From Lingula anatina (lineage: Eukaryota > Animalia > Brachiopoda), in NCBI GenBank assembly GCA_051362555.1, contig CM120647.1, positions 806,001 to 870,000 of the forward strand: a DNA stretch of 64,000 nt, in the 5' to 3' direction. Made by a program: the position numbers and the translations under genes. Below the pieces are notes generated by a model that did no database searches, was not told where the DNA came from, and was given only the letters and a program-made list of their open reading frames with translations. Below, one piece after another: positions 13,501-25,009 of the stretch (its first letter is position 1; every line of letters starts with the position of its first letter).

Positions 13501-16500
13501 TCATCCAACTGTAGCACAGCTTTCTATCCATCTTTTGCCAATTTAACATAGAAAAGTTGTTTTTCATCGTTCAAGTTTGACTGGTATTCATATCTATAAC
13601 ATGTAAAGCTGGCGTGACACAGAAAATTGCTATACTGGTTATGAAGAGAGTCCATCTGTCTGTCTGTTTGTCTGTCTGTCTGTTTGTCTGACTGTCTATT
13701 ACCTTAGGATCACTTGTTTCTAGGTTCGAGAAGCTAAAACATGGATGTGTTTGTAGACGACCAGACACAAGAGAGTCTTTCGACTGCCTTGGAAACAACC
13801 ACTTTGGTGAGCTTACAGTTAACATAGCATACATAAGAACGAACAAGCATGGAAAATTCTTTGCGGTAGTTTTTGGTTACTTTCCCCTTGTTGGATGTTT
13901 TTGTATCGGAAAATAAATCTATGTTGATTTGCAATATTAATTTTCGAGTGAACGGTGGCTGAAAGTTGAAGATGAAAGCAGATTTTCTCTGCAAGACTGC
14001 AGCCACCTAAAATCTATCCTTACGACGCATGATTAGGCAACACGGGAGTTATTCTTTAAAAAAATGATGATGTCCCCTATCGAAATGTTTACTTCTCTGT
14101 GCTTTTTCAGTGATCAAGGCAAAGGTGATGAAATCCGCTGAGAGCCGTGACGTCATCCAGCCCTCAGTTTCGTACCGACCTCCCGCTACATATGCTGTAC
14201 ATATACAGCATTTATTTAAAGTAAGTTTTTGTCATAAAACACAGTACGTATGAAACATGTTTTTAAAGTCAATCTATGTTGTCAGCTAGGGCTGGTAACT
14301 TTAACTCGTAAACTGTGAAGTATAGAAATTACCGTAATAGCTCAAAAATTGGTCTCCATCTCGTTTTTTTACGGTTTTGGGTGGGGAATTGATGTAACTT
14401 AGTGATCAATTAGGAATGTTGTATATCCAGTGAAATGCTTCTATTTTTCTTTACTGTTTATCCTTTTCCAACCTAATAACTTGTTCCAAAAATCAGCATT
14501 TATTGATATTGCTTTAAGGATGTGTCTGGCAGTCTTAAGACAGGTGACAATTACGTGACGGCAAATAGATCTTCTTTCGTCTGTGATACTTATTTAATAA
14601 CGGGAAAAGAATATTTACTGAAAGGTAAGAACATGTGAACCTTTAAAACCAGTCATATAAGTATTTTAAACATCTATATGTTGGCTCAAATTGGCTGTCA
14701 ATATTTTATTATATTAAGTTAAACAATGCAGCGTTACTGAGCACATTTTGCTAAATGTCATGTATTTTATCTGTTGTATTGTCCATGCCTTTGGCATGAA
14801 TTGGACAATAATTTTTATCTTTAGTGTTGAAAAAGTTTACTTTTTTCCATTGTCGGAAGTGTAAAGACGTTAAGAAATAATCCTTCCTATGGAGGCTACT
14901 CGTCCTTTTTCAGTAACTGACATTTTGACACAACTGACTGTGTGTTAGATAACAATATCAGATCCAATATTTATTATTTTTAGGGAAATATGTGCGTGGT
15001 GAGCTGCGGCTCGGGAACATGTGTGAGTATGGTGGTCAGTGGGACAGGATACCAAGGTCAAGGACGAACTATCTTATGTCACGGGGCACTTGTTCCTTAG
15101 CCGACAGACTGCAGCTGCCATCTGGTGGGGAGTTTAACTCTAAAAAAGAAATAAAATTGGAATCTCTAAAGAAAGCTCCAAGTTTAACAAGCGAGTTGAA
15201 ACCTAAAAACGAAAGAAAATTGGAACCAGCTAAGAAAGCTCCAAGTTTAGTTAGCGGATTTGTATCTAAAAATGAAACAAAAGTGACATCATCCAAGATG
15301 GCTCCTAATAAGACGTTAGGAGAGAAAGGGTACGTATATCCTTTGAGCTTTTGTGAAACGCAACTTATTCAGCTATAAGTGTTTGCTAAGACCGGTTTCC
15401 AATTTTTGTCGATTTGTGAAGTTGATCACAACCTTGACTCTCAACTAATTGTGGCACAACTATCTATCAATCAGTGGCCCATTTCACATAGAGTAGTTTA
15501 CTTTTTTATCGTAAAAGTTGGTCTTAATATCTACGGGGCCATTCAAAATAGGCCTGAGTTTTAACTGGTCCAAGGCTCAAATATGGTGGACCCTACATGA
15601 AAAGAAGGCCGCTTAATCTTGTGATGGGCTCTCTGCCTGTCACACGCCTCCCCAAGCGTCGTCCCTACTGGGGCAAGTAATTAAATCTCGGCTCCATTCG
15701 GCCAGACGCCTGGGGAGCCGTGTGAGAGGTGGAGCGACCATTACAGGACTAAGCGGTCTTCCTTTCTTGTAGCTTCCGCCATATTTTAGGCCTTGGACCA
15801 GTTGATACTCGGATCTTCTATTCGGAATGGCCCCCAAGTTGTCAAGCCGGCGTGACACAGATAAGTGCTATGCTGCTTATGGAGAGAGTCCATCTGTCTG
15901 TCTGTGTGTCTGACTAACTGTCTCTTACCTTAGGATCACTTGTTTCTAGGTTCGAAAAGCTGAAACATGGATGTGTTTGTAGACTACCAGACACAAAAGA
16001 GTCATTCGACTGCCTTGGAGACAACCATTTTGGTGAGTATATTGTAAGATCAAAAATGGAAAATTCAGTTGACAATTGAACTGTTTATTTCATTCGATCG
16101 GTATTAGAATCTTTGACTGGGCCGTCTATGCATAAGACACAAGGAATTTCTTGTTTTCACGAATACTTATGTATTTCTTGCTAGTCTAGTATGTTTAACA
16201 ACGCTTTAGGAAAAAAAATTAATGAACGGAGCTGAAAAGGGCTTTATTTGTTAAAAAACAATATCTGGAAGTTTTATCCCCTGGATACTCTTACAAATAT
16301 TGAAAAGATGATGCCCCCTATCGTAATGTTTACTTCTCTGTGCTATTTCAGTGATCAAGGCAAAGGTGATGAGCTGTACTGCCCCCTATCGTAATGTTTA
16401 CTTCTCTGTGCTATTTCAGTGATCAAGGCAACCGTGATGAGCTGTACTGTCCCTATCGTAATGTTTACGTCTTTGTGTTATTTCAGTAATCAAGGCAAAG

Positions 16501-19500
16501 GTGATGAAATCCGCTGAGAGCCGTGACGTCATCCAGCCCTCGGTTTCGTACCGACCTGCCGCTATATACGCTGTACATATAGAGCATATATTTAAAGTAA
16601 GTCTTTTGTCATCAAACGCGGTGTAAATTGAACATGTACTAAAAGTACTTCCAGTATGTCTTGGTTATAAGGTGGAAGCTGGTAACTTTTAACTTGCAAA
16701 CCGTGAAATATAGAAGTGACCGGGTCTCTTGATCGTTATTTTTGACGGTTTGGAATAGGGTATTTATGTTAATTTATGATAAATTGAGAATGTTGAATAT
16801 TGTTGAATATTAATTTTTCTCTGCTCTTTGTCATTTCCACATTAACCATAACAACTGGTGCGAAAAGTAAACAATTATTGACATTAATTTTAGGATGTGT
16901 CTGGAAGTATTGAGAAAGGTGACAATGTCGTGACGGCAAACAGATCCTCTTTCGTCTGTGATATTTATTTGATTACTGGAGAAGAATATTTACTAAAAGG
17001 TAAGAAAGTGTGAACGTATTAAACCAGTCACATACGTATTTTAAACATCTATAAATTTACTGAGCACATTTTGTCATGCATTATGTCTGTCTGATTGTCC
17101 TTGCCTTTGGCAAGAATTGGCTAAGAAATTTTATCTTGAGTGGTGACAAAGTTTACTTTTTTCCATTGTCCAAAGTGTAAAGACGATAAGAAATAATCCT
17201 TTCTATGGAGGCTACTCGTCCTTTTCCAGTAATTGACATTTCGGCATAACTGACTGTGTGTTATATAACAATATCAGTTCCAATATTTATTATTTTTCAG
17301 GGAAATATGTGCGTGGTGAGTTGCGGCTCGGGAACATGTGTGAGTATGGCGGTCAGTGGGACAGGATACCAAGGTCAAGGACGAATTATCTCATGTCACG
17401 GGGCACTTGTTCCTTAGCCGGCAGACTGCAGCTGCCATCTGGTGGGGAGTTTAACTCTAAAAACGAAACAAAATTGGAATTACCCAAGAAAGCACCAAGT
17501 TCAGTAAGCAAGTTGAAAGCTAAAAACGAAAGAAAATTGGAACCAGCTAAGAAAGCTCCAAGTTTAGTTAGCGGATTTGTATCTAAAAATGAAACAAAAG
17601 TGACATCATCCAAGATGGCTCCTAGCAAGACGTTAGGAGAGAAAGGGTACGTATATCCTTTGAGCTTTTGTGAAACGCAACTTATTCAGCTATTAGTGTT
17701 TGCTAAGACCGGTTTCCAATTTTAGTCGATTTGTGAAGTTGATCACAACCTTGATTCTCAACTAATTGTGGCACAACTATCTATCAATCAATCACTGGCC
17801 CATTTCACATAGAGTAGTTCATTTTTTATCGTTAAAGTTGGTCTTAATATCTGCGGGGCCATTCAAAATAGGCCCGAGTATTAACTGGTCCAAGGCTAAA
17901 TAATATGGTGGACCCTACATGAAAAAAAGACCGTTTAACCTTGTAATGGCCTCTCTGCCTGTCACATGCCTCCCCACGCGCCGTAAATCTCGGCTCCATT
18001 CGACCGGTCGAGGGACAACACGTGGGGAGGCGTGTGAGAGGTGGATAGACCATTACAGGACTAAGCGGTCTTCCTTTCATGTAGCTTCCGCCATATTTGA
18101 GCCTTGGACCAGTTGATACTCGGATCTTCTATTCTGAATGGCCCCCAAGATGTCAGCAGGCGTGACACAGAAAAGTGCTATGCTGGTTATGAAGAGAGTC
18201 CATCTGTCTGTCTCCCTGTCTGTTTGTCTGTCTGTCTGTCTGTCTCTTACCTTAGGATCACTTGTTTCTAGGTTCGAAAAGCTGAAACATGGATGTGTTT
18301 GTAGACTACCAGACACAAAAGAGTCATTTGACTGCCTTGGAGACAACCATTTTGGTGAGTATATTGTAAGATCAAAAACAGAAAATTCAGTTGACAATTG
18401 AACTGTTTATTTTATTCGATCGGTATTAGAATCTTTGACTTGGCCGTCCATGCATAAGACACAAGGAATTTCTTGTTTTCACGAATACGTATGTATTTCT
18501 TGCTAGTCTAGTATGTTTAACAACGCTTTAGGAAAAAAATTAATCAACGGAGCTGAAAAGGGCTTTATTTGTAAAAAAAACAATATCTGGAAGTTTTATC
18601 CCCTGGATACTCACTCTTACAAATATTGAAAAGATTATGCTCCCTATCGTAATGTTTACTTCTCTGTGCTATTTCAGTAGTGATCAAGGCAAAGGTGATG
18701 AGCTGTACTGCCCCCTATCGTAATTTTTTTTAAACAACGTTTATTCAAAAGAATGAAGTGGAGGCAAGGCGCTGGAAGCATTATATGCTCTTCACAAAAT
18801 TAAATTAAATAAGTAAATAAATAAAACAAATGGATAGGTATATACATATATACAACAGAGTAAATGTAAAACTTCATATATATCAGGAGCACAAGTTAAG
18901 TACAGAAAGAAAGAAGAGGAATATTATCTCTTTTCCTCCCCTATCGTAATGTTTACTTCTCTGTGCTATTTCAGTGATCAAGGCAAAGGTGATGAAATCC
19001 GCTGAGAGCCGTGACGTCATCAAGCCCTCGGTTTCGTACCGACCTGCCGCTAAATACGCTGTACATATAGACCATATATTTAAAGTAAGTCTTTTGTCAT
19101 CAAACGCGGTGTAAATTGAACATGTACTAAAAGTACTTCCAGTATGTCTTGGTTATAAGGTGGAAGCTGGTAACTTTTAACTTGCAAACCGTGAAATATA
19201 GAAGTGACCGGGTCTCTTGATCGTTATTTTTGGCGGTTTTGGATAGGGTATTCATGTTAATTAGTGATAAATTGAGGATGTTGAATATCCAGTGAAATAT
19301 TTTAATTTTTCTCTGCTCTTTGTCATTTCCATATTAACCATAACAACTGGTGCGAAAAGTAAATAATTATTGACATTAATTTTAGGATGTGTCTGGAAGT
19401 ATTGAGAAAGGTGACAATTACGTGACGGCAAACAGATCCTCTTTCGTCTGTGATACTTATTTGATTACTGGAGAAGAATATTTACTAAAAGGTAAGAAAG

Positions 19501-22088
19501 TGTGAACGTATAAAACCAGTCACATACCGTACGTATTTTAAACATCTATAAATTTACTGAGCACATTTTGTCATGCATTATGTCTGTTTGATTGTCCTTG
19601 CCTTTGGCATGAATTGGCTAAGAAATTTTGTCTTTAATGGTGAAAAAGTTTACTTTTTTCCATTGTCCGAAGTGTAAAGACGATAAGAAATAATCCTTTC
19701 TATGGAGGGTACTCGTCCTTTTCCAGTAATTGACGTTTCGATATAACTGACTGTGTGTTATATAACAATATCAGTTCCAATATTTATTATTTTTCAGGGA
19801 AATATGTGCGTGGTGAGTTGCGGCTCGGGAACATGTGTGAGTATGGCGGTCAGTGGGACAGGATACCAAGGTCAAGGACGAACTATCTCATGTCACGGGG
19901 AACCTGTTCTTTAGCCGACAGACTGCAGCTGCCATCTGGTGGCGAGTTTAAATCTAAAAAAGAAACAAAATTGGACTCACCCAAGAAAGTTTCAAGTTCA
20001 GCAAGCAAGTTGAAATCTAAAAACGAAAGAAATTTGGAACCACCCAAGAAAGTTCCAAGTTTACTTGGCGAGTTTAAATCTAAAAACAAAACAAAACTGG
20101 TATCATCCAACATGGCTCCTAAGAAAACGTCGGGAGATATCAGGTACGTACATCCTTCGAAAGGCAACTTATTCTGTTTTCGCCATCACCCGTTTGCAAT
20201 TTTAGTCCATTTGTGAAGTCGGTCACAACCTTGAATCTCATCCAATTGTAGCACAGCTATCTATCTATCTTTGGCCCATTTCACATAGAGTATTTCACTT
20301 TGTATCGTACAAGTTGGTCTTAATATCTAAATTGTCAAACCTGCGCCACAAAACTGATAAGTAAGATGTGAGGACTGCCCGTGTGTCTGTCTGTTTGTCT
20401 GTCTGTCTGTCTCTTACCTTTGGATCACATGTTTCCAGGTTCCAAAAGCTGAAACATGGATGTGTTTGTAGACGGCCAGACACAAGAAAGTCATTCGACT
20501 GCCTTGGACACAATCATTTTGGTGAGTATACAATTAATATAAAAAAGATCAAGAATTGAAAATTCAGCTCGCAGTTATACGGTTAACGTGACTCGGTATT
20601 GGAAACTTTGTCTTGGCCGTCTTAACCTAGCCCCTGGTCCGTAATGCATCGACAGCGATAAATATGTATTTGATATAATAGTATTTGATTTCTTTCTTTG
20701 ATTTCTTTTCCGTTGTCAAATTGTGTTGTCTTCAGAAAATACATTTTATTTTTACTTCTCTTTTGGGGGAACGGTGTCTGAAAGTTGAAGATGAAGGCAG
20801 ATTTTCTCTGCAAGACTGCAGTCGTCTGAAATATGCTATACAACGTTTGATTGGTCAGTTCTTAAGAGTTACTTTTAAAAGGTAAAGAGCTGATGATGCC
20901 CCCTATCGTAATGTTTACGTCTCTGTGCTATTTCAGTGATCAAAGCAAAGGTGATGAAATCCGCTGAGAGCCGTGACGTCATCCAGCCCTCGGTTTCGTA
21001 CCGACCTGCCGCTAAATACCCTGTGCATATACAACATATATTTAAAGTAAGTCTTTGACATAAAACTTTTTACATATGGAACATGGAATTTAAGTAAGTT
21101 TTTGTTGTCGCGTGGAGGCTGATGACTTTTATTCGTAAACTATAAGATATAGAAATAACTTCAATAGCTCGAAAAATGGGTCTGTAGAAAATTATTTTTT
21201 CGGTTTTGTATAAGGTATTCGTGTTAATTAGTGATAAACTGGGAATGGTAAATATCCAATGAAATATTTTACTTTTTCTTTACCCTCTCTCCTCTTCCAT
21301 ATAAACTACAATAACTCGTTCGAAAAATTAACGTTTATTGATATTAATTTTAGGATGTGTCTGGAAGTCTTAAGAAAGGTGACAATTACGTGACGGCAAA
21401 CAGATCCTCTTTCGTCTGTGATACTTATTTTATTACGGGAAAAGAGTATTTACTAAAAGGTAAGAAAATGTGGAACTTTAAAATCAGCCATATATGCATT
21501 TTTAACATCTATGTGTTGGCAATACTTGATTAGCTAAATGGCATGCATTATGTCTGTTTGATTGTCCTTGCTTTGGCATGAATTGGCTAAGAATTTTTAT
21601 TTTTAGTGGTGAAAAAGTTAGCTTTTTATCCACTGTCCTTTTCCAGTAATCGATGTTTCGACATAACTAACTTAGTGTTATGTAACAATATAATTTTCCA
21701 TACTAATTTTATTTCAGGGAAATATGTGCGTGGTGAGTTGCGGCTCGGGAACATGTGTGAGTATGGCGGTCAGTGGGACAAGATACCAAGGTCAAGGACG
21801 AACCATCTCATGTCACGGGGCACTTGTTCTTTAGCCGACAGACTGCAACTGCCATCTAGTGGCGAGTTTATATCTAAAAACGAAACACAACTGACAATAC
21901 CCAAGTTAGCTCCAAGCTTAGTTAGCCAGTTTAAAACTAAAAACAAAACAAAATTAGTATCACCCATAATAGCTCAAAGTTTAGTTACCAAGTTTAAATT
22001 AAAAAACAAAACAAAATGGGAACCTTCCAAGAACATGCCAAGTTTTGCGACTAAGCGCAAAGTCCAGCCATTAATCTGGGGTCGGTAA
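1156..22088 (+). CDS. Multi-exon gene (5' end outside window) encoding a tandem N-TIMP/NTR-domain polyprotein: 10 complete domains plus the tail of an 11th, joined by Lys/Ser/Pro-rich 21-aa repeat linkers
   Basis: Repeating exon order A-B-C-D with GT-AG boundaries and constant phases (A|B 2, B|C 1, C|D 0, D|A 1). B is 83 nt, C 110 nt and D 106 nt in every module; A is 346+63n nt. The spliced frame is open over 7640 nt to TAA at 22086-22088. Domain consensus HG-CVCRRPDTRESFDCLGNNHFVIKAKV..KYAVHIQHIFKD..VTANRSSFVCDTYLITGEEYLLKGKYVRGELRLGNMCEYGGQWDRIPRSRTNYLMSRGTC has the six Cys and VIRAK-like motif of the TIMP N-terminal (NTR) domain. Confidence 0.88.
1795..3437 (+). CDS. NTR/TIMP module 1 (exons 1795-1877, 2171-2280, 2468-2573, 2966-3437; 5 linker repeats)
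   Basis: GT-AG sites, frame continuous, six Cys present. Confidence 0.85.
3751..5296 (+). CDS. NTR/TIMP module 2 (3751-3833, 4139-4248, 4444-4549, 4888-5296; 4 linker repeats); Cys3 replaced by Tyr
   Basis: GT-AG sites, frame continuous; TGT GTT TAT at 3773-3781. Confidence 0.85.
5633..7276 (+). CDS. NTR/TIMP module 3 (5633-5715, 6017-6126, 6425-6530, 6868-7276; 4 linker repeats)
   Basis: GT-AG sites, frame continuous. Confidence 0.85.
7613..9444 (+). CDS. NTR/TIMP module 4 (7613-7695, 7996-8105, 8299-8404, 8721-9444; 9 linker repeats)
   Basis: GT-AG sites; A exon is 724 nt = 346 + 6x63. Confidence 0.85.
9763..11364 (+). CDS. NTR/TIMP module 5 (9763-9845, 10152-10261, 10455-10560, 10893-11364; 5 linker repeats)
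   Basis: GT-AG sites, frame continuous. Confidence 0.85.
11694..13396 (+). CDS. NTR/TIMP module 6 (11694-11776, 12080-12189, 12383-12488, 13051-13396; 3 linker repeats)
   Basis: GT-AG sites, frame continuous. Confidence 0.85.
13724..15329 (+). CDS. NTR/TIMP module 7 (13724-13806, 14111-14220, 14519-14624, 14984-15329; 3 linker repeats)
   Basis: GT-AG sites (exon D acceptor is the weaker AAG), frame continuous. Confidence 0.83.
15535..15834. mobile_element. Fold-back MITE (GGGGCCATTC...GAATGGCCCC) in the intron before module 8
   Basis: Long imperfect inverted arms; absent from the homologous intron of the other modules except the one before module 9. Confidence 0.75.
15950..17646 (+). CDS. 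NTR/TIMP module 8 (15950-16032, 16487-16596, 16894-16999, 17301-17646; 3 linker repeats)
   Basis: GT-AG sites; the exon C acceptor region is triplicated upstream. Confidence 0.82.
17855..18145. mobile_element. Second copy of the GGGGCC fold-back MITE at the homologous intron position before module 9
   Basis: Same termini and same insertion point as 15535-15834. Confidence 0.75.
18272..20143 (+). CDS. NTR/TIMP module 9 (18272-18354, 18975-19084, 19386-19491, 19798-20143; 3 linker repeats)
   Basis: GT-AG sites, frame continuous. Confidence 0.82.
18725..18937 (-). mobile_element. Truncated non-LTR retroelement or retroposed 3' end
   Basis: On the minus strand it ends AATAAA-cgttgttt-poly(A); flanked by the 13-bp duplication CCCCTATCGTAAT (18712-18724, 18938-18950). 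Confidence 0.65.
20439..22088 (+). CDS. NTR/TIMP module 10, terminal (20439-20521, 20937-21046, 21354-21459, 21718-22088 including stop)
   Basis: The last A exon has diverged linker repeats, lacks the usual donor and ends KRKVQPLIWGR-TAA. Confidence 0.85.
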
Positions 22089-22395
22089 TGATAATACCGG
22101 AGTTCCGTATGCGGTGACAGAAATTATCCACTGACATTTGCTCTTTAGAGCTGTCAAAGTATACGTACAGTCCATTGCTTCCTATATTCCTTTTGTTTCA
22201 TAATTTATTTATTGCCCTTCATAATTTATTGCAGAACATTTTTTCATGTTTTCTTTTTGTTTTGTGTAAGCATTTGTGTTTTTGGAGTTATCTATTAACT
22301 TGTGTGCTGTATATTGTTTTCGTTACTTTTTTAACTTGTCATATATTTTGTACAACAGAAATTTATATTTCAAGTTGATGGTTGTGTATAAATGG

Positions 22396-22401
22396 AATAA
22401 A
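22396..22401 (+). terminator. Probable polyadenylation signal of the poly-TIMP gene
   Basis: AATAAA about 310 nt after the stop codon, following a T-rich 3'UTR. Confidence 0.6.
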
Positions 22402-22852
22402 AGTATGTAAAAACCATTATATCATGTCTATTCATATGAATTTCATTTAGTCTACTATTGAATAATGTTCATGAAAATGAATCCCATTCTACTTTTGTGG
22501 AGTCTTATATAGAAAGTTTTCCCTAAATCTTCATCCATCCGGCCCTGATCAGACGTTGTGCGTATACAGCTGTCGTCTTCTGTGGCGGCCAGTTCGCACT
22601 CCCTCTGTGGTCTTGTATAAGTGCTCATTGCCAATGAAATTATCATTCTACGTAGATCGATCCAACTTCTCGGGGACTCTTGCTAAATGCAATCAGATTA
22701 AAAGATTAACGCGTCTCTTCCTGGCATTACATGGACAGAATACAGAATAGCTGGTGATAAAACGAGTATGGAGGAAACAGGAAGCGTTAGTCTGTTAATC
22801 CGATCTAACTGAGATAGGCACTGTGCTATTTTAATTGGCATTTCGTTTGTCC

Positions 22853-23559
22853 CACGCTCGGCTGTCACCTTGATTGGATAGTAAACAATACTGCCGGGCA
22901 TCGGAGCGGCCTAAAACTTGGCACGCTTACCGCAAATACTGCAGGCTACATCATCCCGTCGCTCGTTTGTAAATTCCGTGCATGGCATACGCACAATCAA
23001 ACCGTACATCCAAATTCCACCTCTGATGTTTGAATTGGTCCTCTACACTATCCAAATCAGGAAGTGACGTAACCGCAGAGGTCGCATTGTCCAATGGCAT
23101 GGCTTCTTTTTCGTAATGGTAGGTTAGACAGGACCGACTCAAACATCAGAGGTGGAATTTGGATGTACGGTTTGATTGTGCGTATGCCATGCACGGAATT
23201 TACAAACGATTAACGGGATGATGTAGCCTGCAGTATTTGCGGTAAGCGTGCCACGTTTAAGGCCGTTCCGATGCCCGGCAGTATTTTATTTCGATTATTC
23301 TGTTTAAAATTGTGGATTCTTGTTTCACAAGCTTACTCTATTTTATTGTCTCTATGGAGGTACAGGTATATGGGGACTTTACGACATTCGGTTTGAAGGC
23401 TTTAACCACTTGTTATAGTTTATTTTTGCATTGTATTGGATTAATGTGGCAGTCCAAGGTTGTCCTAGGTGGTTTTCAAGTTTATGCACCCGGTTTTAAT
23501 ACCATTTAGCGATTTTACGACAATCGTTTACTATCCAATCAAGGTGACAGCCGAGCGTG
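22853..23559. mobile_element. Non-autonomous DNA transposon with 34-bp TIRs and 8-bp TSD (hAT-like TSD length)
   Basis: TIR CACGCTCGGCTGTCACCTTGATTGGATAGTAAAC at both ends; TSD GTTTGTCC at 22845-22852 and 23560-23567. Confidence 0.8.
22891..23281. mobile_element. Nested fold-back MITE (~140-bp arms, TA-flanked)
   Basis: ta|CTGCCGGGCATCGG...TGATGTTTGA is mirrored by TCAAACATCA...CCGATGCCCGGCAG|ta. Confidence 0.75.
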
Positions 23560-24253
23560 GTTTGTCCTAAAGAAACATCGACATAATACCCCAGATTTTA
23601 GATTCGCGACATCTGCTTTTTGCATTAGTATTAAATACGTTAAGTGCAATGAACATGTTGTAATCAGTCTGACGGCACTACATCATGTAAACGTAATTAT
23701 ATACAAAACACAATGTTTAGTATTCAGCCATTAAACATAGCATGTGACCCATATTACGCAGTTCCCCCATTATGCAGACGGTAGATCCATAGTCATCCCT
23801 CCAAAGAAAAAAGAGTCGCCAGACGAGACGATCTCAAGGCTATAGTTTTATTTCCCTCAGCGTAAATATTGCTTTTGGATTACGAAAGCTTCCAGAAAGT
23901 AAGGAGGTAGACTCTCCGAACGTAATTTTTGTGTGCGGACGCAAATAGTGATGCTTTCGAGCAAGCAAGCAAATGCTTTTCCTATTGATTACGTTTAATT
24001 CGTCACGTGATACAGCGCCATATAGGCCTACCTGTCCTCCTTCAGGTATACACAGTGGTCTCACCTGGCTGATCAGTTCATGACTAACTTTTTCTGGTCC
24101 TTTCATATTAGACTGACAAGGGCCGTTGTGGAAATCCATCACCAGGTTTCGCCGTCTGTTTGGTGAGTGACAGTAATATTGAAAACATCTATTTGTGTTA
24201 AGTCGCTGTATGTATTAAGCATGTATGTAGGCGCACTGATTGACACCAACGTA

Positions 24254-24264
24254 CACACACACAT

Positions 24265-24324
<60 letters not shown>
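24254..24324. repeat. (CA)n(GA)n microsatellite
   Basis: Directly visible; shorter versions occur in the other TIL copies. Confidence 0.9.
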
Positions 24325-24325
<1 letters not shown>

Positions 24326-25009
24326 TCATGTTATCAACTATTTCGGATAATCCACTTGGCTTTGAGTAAAAACATTTGGACATCATCCAAAACTAAAACA
24401 TTTAATACCAGCAGCACTGGTACTTTAAACACGTGGATGTCCTTGGCACGTTGTCTTTTCTGTCGTTATGATACAAGATTCATTCCACTAGCTACCAGCC
24501 AGCATATACTCACAGCTATATGTGTGAAGCGTGACAAATATGACCTAAATAAGTCTACATTTCAATGCTCAGACAGAATGCTGCAGTATGAACACAGTCA
24601 GCACAGCGGACGAACAGATCCGCGGATCAAATATGGCGACCCACTAAAAAGCTTGCCGAAATTCCCGATAAAGACAGTGAATAGATTCTCCGAGGGGATT
24701 ACGCAACAAGCATTCAAGTGGATCGACTATATTTTGATCCGCGAATCTGTTGGTCTGCAGTTCAGAATGCGCTCTATGCTGCCTCATATTAACTGTGCAC
24801 ACTTGTAGTCACGTCTTTTCAACTTCAGGTGTTTCCTTTATCGAATTTATTACCAATGATTTACAATGTTATGGCTCTGTGATAAAATAACCAACATTTG
24901 CATAAAAAAGCAACTATGCACAGAGACAATTACTTCACTCCTGAATATAACAAGAAATATTTTAGCAAAGGTACATCATTATCTTTATTTTCAGCTCAGA
25001 GCTTACAGG

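Noticed and set aside
1241-20167. Recurrent minus-strand ORFs (FLDFNSLAKLGAFLG..., MAAVLQRKSAF...)
   Set aside because: They are antisense shadows of the linker exons or lie in duplicated introns; they have variable stops and frames and no consistent splice pattern.
1113-22088. Eleven separate single-exon genes starting MRGELRLGNMCEYGG
   Set aside because: The starts are GTG/TTG or intronic; each ORF is bounded by an acceptor and a donor and is only part of a spliced domain.
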